DNA from: Callorhinchus milii
Taxonomy: Eukaryota
Direction: 5' to 3'
Assembly: GCF_018977255.1 (NCBI RefSeq)
Contig: NW_024704743.1
Location: 1,054,001 to 1,118,000 of the forward strand
DNA length: 64,000 nucleotides
Part shown: positions 56,125 to 64,000 of the stretch, in pieces
How the letters are laid out: each line of letters begins with the position of its first letter
Numbering within the stretch: position 1 is the first letter of the stretch
Translations under genes and position numbers: made by a program
Notes under the pieces: model-generated
Seen by the model: only the letters and a program-made list of their open reading frames with translations
Told to the model about the DNA's origin: nothing
The model's database searches: none

Positions 56125-56277
56125 GAGCAGCGTTACCACTGCAACAAGACGTCATGGAGTCGGGTGAAACCATCTCAGGGCAATCCAAACCCAGCTCACG
56201 TTCCTGATGCAAAAAGCCTCTTATCCCTGCGGTGACTTTCCTGACACCTTCTGCTTAACTCCCCAAAAGCCAGAAGG
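56125..56277 (-). pseudogene. Degenerate 28S rRNA-derived fragment with internal deletions
   Basis: aaacccagctcacgttcc and ttatccctgcggtgactttcctgacaccttctgcttaa match the reverse complement of conserved 3' 28S segments as recalled (AAACCCAGCTCACGTTCC; TTATCCCTGTGGTAACTTTTCTGACACCTCCTGCTTAA). Confidence 0.8.
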
Positions 56278-56599
56278 GCCCGTGTCCTCGGTTTAACATC
56301 TCGTCCAAAGGAGGGCACCTCCCGACAATGTTGAGGCTCCGCCTTTCCAGGTGGATGCTAAAGATCTCAATAGTATGACTTGAAAAGAGAAGGGCATTTC
56401 TCACGGTGTACTGGCCAACACTAGCCCCAAAATAAAATTAGTCGCCGACTCCCCATGGCTGCTTGTGGGACATTTCTGCGCTGCAATGGCCAACAGAATG
56501 CAGTCCCACCACTTTACAGCACATCCTGTAAAGTGCTTTGAGAAGTCTGGACCATGTGATAATGCACAACATCAAATGTAAGGTTTATTATAATAGATA

Positions 56600-56632
56600 G
56601 ATGGATGGATGGATGGATGGATGGATGGATGG
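56600..56632. repeat. (GGAT)n microsatellite
   Basis: Directly visible. Confidence 0.95.
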
Positions 56633-57896
56633 CAGGTACAATGAACTCACTGGTGAGTAGCACAGCTAGTAGATTTCAGTGCAGGGCGAAACCTTCTAAT
56701 AATAATCCTTGTATTTGATATAGCGCCTTATCATGCTATTGAGACGTTTCAAAGCACTTCATGGGATACTGTAAAGTGAATTGACTGTATATTTTGTGGA
56801 CGGAACCCGGGAGCCAATTGCGCACAGCACCAACAACAGAATTACGTTTATAGAGTGCCTTTCACTTTGGGAGGACGTCCCAAGACGCTGTCGTGGATTG
56901 AGTGACCACATTATTATTATTTTGAAGGGATTATTACCCCCGGAAAGCGATCTGCCGATACACTAACAACCCAGTTCCTACTTAGTGCGAGCTAAACAGT
57001 GGTGTGTGCGCGTGTGTTTGTGTAAAGAAACTTGGCTAAGGTTTCACCCTGTCCCGGCTCGGCGTCGTGCTCCGCCAATGTCAAGCGCTCCGAGACGCCG
57101 CCCCGCATGACGAGGGCTGAGTAAACGCAACTTGTTGTCGTATAGCGTCAGGGACGATGCTGCGAGACGGTGGGATGTGTGGCCCGGGGGACTTACAACC
57201 TTAGGACAAGTTTCCTTACTCCACCCGCGTTTATCTAGCAGTAAATAGCAACTCGGTCATTAGTCGATCGCCGTCCGGGAGTAATAATCCCTTCAAAATA
57301 ATAACAATTTGGTCACTCAATCCACGACTGTATGTTGGACAACTGTCTTCCGCGTTTCACCGACAAAACATACCGCACCTCCACTTTACAGTTTATCCTG
57401 TGAAGCGCTTCGAGACGTCAACTTGCAAAGACGTGATCAGGCGCTGTATCAAATGCAAGGGTTGTTACTATTATTATTATTATTATCATTGATTATTGAT
57501 TAAATCAGATTTCATACGTTCTACCCCAAGGTTGCCTTTCTTCGCGTAAAACCCGATTAAACGTTACGGTCCAGACTGATGCGGACCGATGCGAGTTACA
57601 TTGCAAGCCGCTGCCGCTGACAAACACCTGCGAGGAAGGGGGACGGTCACAGTGGCTGGAGCTGTGACGAGACGCAGCTTGCAACGGGTTTTTCCTTCCT
57701 TTTTGAGACGACGTCTCAAAAAGCGCTTTCACTTGCGTGCCGTCAAGTGAATCCGTTCGCACGTTCGTACGCGCGTCCCTCGCGGGCGGAAGACGCGGCA
57801 GCGGGGGAGTCCCCCACCCACCGACAGTTGCGGGTCGAAGCGACCGATCTATTATTGTTATGATTATTATTTCGTCGAAGGGATTATTACCCTTCT

Positions 57897-58231
57897 GTGG
57901 AGTCCTGTAGCTCAGTGGTTAGAGCACTCACTTTGCAAGCGAGAGACCTGAGTTCAATTCCAGGCAGAGGGCGAAACCTTGGGCAAGTTTCCTTACTCCA
58001 CACAGAGCCTAATAATAGTCCCTCCAAAACCAAAAACAATAATAAATTGGTCATTTTCAATCTACGACTGTTTGTGGGACATTGCTGTGCGCAATTGGCT
58101 GCCGCGTTCGCCCACAAATATACAGTCAATTCACTTTACAGTGTGTTCTGTGGAGCGCTTTGGGACGTCCTCCCGACGTGAAAAGCGCTCTATGAAATGC
58201 GAGGATTATTATTATTATTATTATTATTATT
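57897..58231 (+). mobile_element. Full-length tRNA-headed SINE with an L2-like 3' end and (TTA)n tail, nested in an older minus-strand copy
   Basis: A-box tagctcagtgg, B-box gagttcaattcc, (TAT)n tail; flanking direct repeat ATTATTACCC at 57883-57892 and 58226-58235. Confidence 0.9.
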
Positions 58232-58499
58232 ACCCCCCCACCGGAAAAGCGATCCGCCGATGGTCCGACAACCAGGTTCGCACCGACTGCGGGGCAACCA
58301 GAGGCGCGCGGAGTAAGGAAACTTGCCCAACGCTTCAAATCCTATATCCAACGCAAAGATTTATCATCATTATTATTATTATTATTATTATTTTGGCCCC
58401 CACCTCCCCTCAGCCCCACCCTCACCCAAATTAAACAACAAACAAAAAAAAACACTTTCTTTCTTTCTTTTTCCCTCTTCTCTCCTCTATAGTTTTCTC

Positions 58500-59100
58500 A
58501 CCAAAAACCAAAACCACTCACCGCCATGGGTGGCGAACAAGGCGCCCGGGGGGTGGGGGGGGTGTACACGGTCGGTCTCGTTGCTCTGAGGGAGACGAGT
58601 CGCCACCATGTCACACACACGCACTCCCTCTCCCCGCGCTCTCCTCTCAGCTCTGCACTGGAGCCGCTCGAGCGGACGGACGACCGCCCCCCCCTCACCC
58701 CACCCCCGGGTCAACGTTCCATTTCCAACCGTCACCAACGGTCAAACCCCGCAGCCGCCCCCACGGCTCGCGCTCTTTATGCGCGCGCTTCTGCTGCCAG
58801 CGCGCGCGCGCGGGCGCGGGCGGGCGCAGCGCAGCGAACGCTCACCGCTTTCCCTCCACCCCCACCCCCCCGCGCGGGCGGGACGCAGCCAGCAGCGCTT
58901 CCATAGCAACCGCCATAGCAACCGCTTCGCTCTGCTCCACCTTCCCGCCCCCCCTCCCCACACACACACACACACACACACGCGCGCACAAACCCCGCCC
59001 CCCGCCTTCGCCCCGCCCTCGCCCGCGCTCCTCCCTCCCTCCCGCGCGGCCAACCGCTGAGGAGCCCCGCCCCCCGACCCGCCCAACGCGCCCAAAAAGT
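58500..59100 (-). promoter_or_regulatory. CpG island / probable promoter and exon 1 of the MEIOC-like gene
   Basis: Very GC- and CpG-rich, GC boxes, CGCGCG runs, tandem CCATAGCAAC (X-box-like) and CAACCGTCA/CAACGGTCA (MYB-like) motifs upstream of the ATG-donor. Confidence 0.75.
58522..58527 (-). CDS. MEIOC-like putative coding part of exon 1 (Met-Ala)
   Basis: cccATGGCG|GTGAGT: consensus donor in phase 0, inside a CpG island, compatible with the phase-0 exon at 52094. Confidence 0.6.
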
Positions 59101-59869
59101 AGCCCAATATTAAGTGCAAATAACAACAATAACAATAACAATAATTATCATCGTTGCATTTGATAAAGCGGCTCCGAGACGACTCCCACTGCAGCCACTG
59201 CGCTACTTGCGGACGGGACGGGGCGGCCCACCGCGCCCGGCGGGGGTTCCACATACAGTCGTGGATTCGAAGCGACCAATCTATTGATCTGTTTGTTTGT
59301 CAATCTGTAATTGTTATTACCACACACACCCCCCACCTCCCCCCCGGGGCGGGGGAAAGCGATCCGCCAAATCTCCGGGGTTCCCGTTTACCGGCGAGGG
59401 TCACAGAGCCCCTGCGTGCGGAGTCGGGAAACTTGGCCAAAGTTTCGCCCCCGACCCGGGAATCGAACCCAGGACCTCTCTCCCCCTCTCTCTCTCTCTG
59501 TCGCTGACCACTGAGCAACAGCACTCCAGTTCGGGTGATCCGACAGGTGCAGCTCAGTCACTCAGCCGCTGCTGTGGTTACTGACGAGAGGCGGTTTAAG
59601 GCGCGGCAGCAATTATAGGAAAATCAGTCGTGCAAACCACCCGACCCGACAACTGCCACGCAAGGCCTCTCATGAGTCGTGATCGTTCCTCTCTTCAGTT
59701 AAAAAGCGGTTCTAATTTAAATTATGATTTAAGGTCAGACAAGGCAGCAGTCCTCGCCGGGGTCCTTTGCCTCCTACCTGCGGCAGAATGGATCGATTTC
59801 AAGCTGCGTAAATAAAATGTTTACAGGGCATAGCACCCCTCACGAAGGGCAGCGTCTCAGAGCACTTTA

Positions 59870-60191
59870 GTAATAATAATAATCCTCGCATTTGATACAG
59901 CGCTTTTCACGTCGGGAGGACGTCCCAAAGCGCTTCACAGAACACACTATAAAGTGAATTGACTGTATATTTGTGGGCGAACGCGGCGGCCAATGGCGCA
60001 CAGCAATGTCCCACAAACAGTCGTAGATTGAAAATGACCAATTTATTATTGTTTTTGGTTTTGGAGGGATTATTATTAGGCTCTGTGTGGAGTAAGGAAA
60101 CTTGCCCAAGGTTTCGCCCTTTGCCTGGAATTGAACGCAGGTCTCTCGCTCGCAAAACGAGTGCTCTAACCACTGAGCTACAGTACTCCAA
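59870..60191 (-). mobile_element. Full-length tRNA-headed SINE, same subfamily as 57897-58231
   Basis: Near-identical reverse complement of 57897-58231; flanking direct repeat TTAGTAAT at 59867-59874 and 60192-60199. Confidence 0.9.
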
Positions 60192-60920
60192 TTAGTAATT
60201 AGGAACCCGGCGATCTGGCGGATCGTAAATGCTTTGAGACGTTTCAATTACACGATAAAGGGCTATATAAAATGCAAGGATTATACAGTGCAGGATTCAG
60301 GAAGAGTAAAGTCAGGACAGGAAAAAGACATAGGAGGAAACAAAGGGCACAGCTACTGTGCTATTAGCAGAGAAATGCTGAAGGTGTGATGGATAGAATA
60401 AGGTGAGTCAAGAGAAAGTACAACAATAGTAAGCGAGAAATTCCAATGCAACACTGTGTGTAAAAAAAAAATGCTGGAAATGTGAAATAAAAACAACAAA
60501 AACCCTGGAAATCTCATCCTTTATTTTACTTCCAAAATAAACTGCTGCCCCGCTGGAATAAAAGAAATCCAGTTTTGAACAGTGAGCTGTAGTTTCCCTG
60601 CGGTGGTTGAAAGTCTGTTGACGTTCAGTGTTGGCTTCTAATAATAATAATAATAATCCTTGCATTTGATATAGTGCTTTTCGCGTCTTCCTGACGTCTC
60701 AAAAGCGCTTCACAGAATACGCATGAAGAATGGCAACTTGGGCAAATCTGTGGAATTGTTCGGGCAGGAATCAGTGTCTTCAGGGAGGAGAGGAAGAAAA
60801 GTGGCCAAAAGTAAAAGCTTACGCGCAACTTAAATGAATCAAAGGTAAATATCCCAATTGTACCAATTCATCTGGTTACTTATGAGCTTGCAGCAACGCA
60901 CCAATAAAATATTTTAATGT

Positions 60921-61327
60921 TCATTTATTCCTCTTGTTCGCTTCATCATTCGGCCACCAGCCTGGCACAAGCGCACTCAAGGACACACGCTTGCCATCGG
61001 TTGTTGCCATCTGAAGTGGCTCGCTGGCTTGGGCCAGCCGGATCAGGGCTAAACCGACATCACCCTCACTGTTCTTGTAGCTCCCCGCAGGCTTCCCGGC
61101 TTCGGACACGATCGCCGCCTTGTCTGGGATGCTGCCAGGAGGCGGAGCGCTCTTAAGCTTGATCGGCATCAGCCTCTTCCGTATGACCCCGGTGTGCTGA
61201 GTCCGAGCGGTCAGCTCCTGCCCGATGTAGCAGCCTTTGCTGAAACTGATCCCATTCATGTAAACGAGATTGGACTCCAGAGGCAGTGCTACACCTGGTA
61301 CAATGTCCTTTACACCTTCAGGAATTC
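60921..61327 (-). CDS. IBA57: IBA57 last coding exon
   Basis: GIPEGVKD...[29 protein letters not shown]...IRKRLMP contains the YgfZ-family KGCYxGQE signature; TGA stop. Confidence 0.96.
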
Positions 61328-63462
61328 CTTAATAAAATAAAATAAAAAAATTCCAGACATCATTCCAGACGATGGCCTATATTCTGTGGCTTTGAGATAC
61401 AAAAGCATTACACATAATTATGATAATATAATAAACCCTTGCAATTTGGTATTAAACAGAAATTCCACCCTGGTCCAAATTATGTGGAGACCTATAGCGT
61501 ACTCGCCTCACAAACAAGAGGACTAGGGTTCGCTTCCTAGACAGAGGGAAACGTTAGACAAGTTTACTTACTCCACTGTTTACCAGTAAGTAGGAACCCG
61601 GTTATTAGTCGATTGCAGATCAACAACACCTTGGATTCATATAGCGCCCTTCAAGGGGGGTAGTGTTTCGGGGTAATAATCCCCTTTTAAAAAAAATTGG
61701 GCACAATCGGTTGCTGCGTTTCTCCCACAAAATAGTCACTTAACAGTATATTTTGTGGGCAAAATTGATGTTTTACTATAAATACACTGTCACTGCAATT
61801 TACCTGCAAAGAGATGCATAAAAATTTAGGACTTGCATTAAGCTTGAACTGCCTTAGTGCTGACTGAAAAGGACATTTCTGGCAGATGTTTAGCTGTGTT
61901 CTCCTGAATAGTTAATGACTGCAAGTTCAAAAAATTAAGAAACACTGATAGAATGGAGTGAAATTTATCATGTAACTTCCTTGTGCATTATTGTCACTAG
62001 AGAGCTTTTTATTTATTCACTATTAATGATTATTATTATTAATCATTCAGACAGAACTGAATTCAAGTTATATGTTGTTCTCCTTGTTGTTCATATTATT
62101 AATTTTTATTGGTGCACGAAACAACACTGTTTAATTAAAGCTGTGCAAATCTCTGTGCCAAGGTCAAACACCACTGTGTTGTTATATCTGGGGGGAGGAG
62201 GGTTAAAAATTATTGAAATTAATTAGACCCTAGAGGAAGTACAGTATTGCTAGTTTGTACAGATTAATTGCTGCAGTTTTCATATGATAATAATCCTTAC
62301 ACTTGGTATAGCCCCCTTTTCACCAGTTCCGGCCTCCTGCATGTCCCTCGCACCCTCCGCTCCACCATTGGAGGTCGTGCATTCAGCCCCAAAACTCTGC
62401 AACACTCTCCCTCAATCCCTCCGCCTCGTACCCTCTCTCAAATCCCACCTGAAACCCTTCCTTTTTGACCGTGCTTACAGTCACCTCCCCACCCCGGCTC
62501 GGAGTCAGGCTCCGCCACTGTTAAGCGCTCTGAGACGCCACCCTGCGTGGTGGGCGCTGTTTAAGTGCAAGTTGTCGTTGATTCATGTTACGAGTTATAC
62601 TGTAAAGAGCGTTTTGTAGGCTAATGCAGCAGCCAATTTGCGCACAGGAACACCCCACGAACAGCCACAAAGCGATTGACCAATTTTATTCTGGGGAATT
62701 GTTGGCCTGGATACCAGGGGAACCCTCGTTCTCTTTTCGAATCGCGCCGTGGGATCTTTAACCCGCAGCTGCTCAGATGGGACAGGGCCTCGGTTTAACA
62801 TCTCACCCGAAAGACGGAACTTCCAATAATGCAGCACAACCCCAACACTGCATTTCAATGTTAGTATAGACTATATGAGTTCCAAGTCCCGATATGGGGC
62901 TTGAACCTATAGCTTCTGACTCAGAGGCGAGAGCACTACCAACTGAGCCAGGGTTAGAGGCAATCCAATCATCTCAGTCATGTTTTGACAACAACTAGAC
63001 ACACCAGGGGTTAATGTTGCCAGACAATTTTCAAAATGTGGAAAAAATATCCAAACTTAGACCGGATGGACTAGAAGCCTGATTCTGTGTACATTTCATA
63101 AAAATATAAACCTTCAGCACAAAGGGTCAGTCCAGACTACTGTAATGTAATAAACATTTGATATACAATACAAATTTATATAGCACCTTTAACGTCGAGA
63201 GGCCAACTCAAAACTCTTCACAGGATATTCTTTGAATAGAACGAATGACTGTATTTTGTGGGCGATCTCAGCAGCCAATTTGCACACAATGTCCCACATA
63301 CAGCCATGAAATAAATGAACCAATTTTATCTGGGGGGATTGTTGGTCAGGTCACCGGGTGACTCTGCCTTGTTCATACACTGAAACAGTGATTCCCAAAA
63401 GCCACACTTGAACAACAACACTGTTTCGTTTTTACTGCTTGAAAGTAACGGCTACTCCTTAC

Positions 63463-63809
63463 CTATTTTATACCTATGTCTGTGGTAGTCCTGGATATCT
63501 CCTTGCTGACTTTCCGGCACAATATCCAATGGATTTTCAAGTTTGTCCAGCACCAGTCGCCACCCCATAGCTTCAGTGCGGGGATCAGGCGTACAGGTGA
63601 CCACCTTCCTTGGGTCCACTTCCAAGGCACCACCAGCTTCCTTTGACTGTTTGGAGGGGAGTACTGACCACAGCGACAGGTGTGGACAGGGGGCCAAGTC
63701 CACTTTCCTTCGTATTTTATAAACCTTTAAATGCTTCTGAAGAGCCTCGAGCATTGCAACGTCGCATTCCAAGAGGACAGCTGGCTCTTCGTCTTGGTTT
63801 TTGTGCAAC
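63463..63809 (-). CDS. IBA57: IBA57 (mitochondrial Fe-S assembly factor, CAF17/YgfZ family) internal exon
   Basis: LLECD...HLKVYKIRRKV...DPRTEAMGWRL...DYHRHRYKIG; ctag acceptor, GTAAGG donor. The upstream exon is not seen in the window. Confidence 0.93.
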
Positions 63810-64000
63810 CTAGCGTGCGGAGGAACAGAGCATCAGGTTTCTAAGAACCGATCAGAGTGGATTTGCCGCCAGGACATGGGTATCAAACCTGCATAAACAT
63901 ACGATTCTCTTCAGCGCACGTACACCCGATTCACAAGTTGCAAAATTCCACAAAGGCATTCCTTTTTTTTAAAAAAATAATATTTGGGAACGTAGGTTAG

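Noticed and set aside
58522..58609. Upstream ATG (gacATGG) as the MEIOC-like start
   Set aside because: It reaches the donor in phase 1, which is incompatible with the phase-0 exon 2. At most it is an overlapping uORF.

Overview
Vertebrate nuclear DNA, probably from a cartilaginous fish (inferred from the repeat content and compact introns). Three spliced genes lie on the minus strand in the order IBA57 -> MEIOC-like -> OBSCN. (1) The last two coding exons of IBA57 (63809-60921). (2) A complete 8-exon MEIOC-family gene that I assembled by hand from splice sites (58527-43459, about 948 aa). Four of its coding exons are missing from the ORF track. (3) The 5' part of obscurin: 15 coding exons (30467-591) encoding Ig domains plus one FN3, running off the window start. 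The main finding is an intact MEIOC homologue between IBA57 and OBSCN, where humans have no such gene. It is a candidate second MEIOC ohnologue, with RFX/MYB-type motifs in its CpG island and a pair of young inverted SINEs bracketing that island. Other points of interest: near-identical, mosaic tandem obscurin Ig exons in A-B-A-B order, two 1-nt frameshifts in obscurin, a local AT-to-GC substitution bias around both CpG islands, and a deleted 28S rRNA-derived fragment. The rest is tRNA-headed SINEs, L2/CR1 LINE fragments and microsatellites. All homology calls come from recalled sequences, not from database searches.
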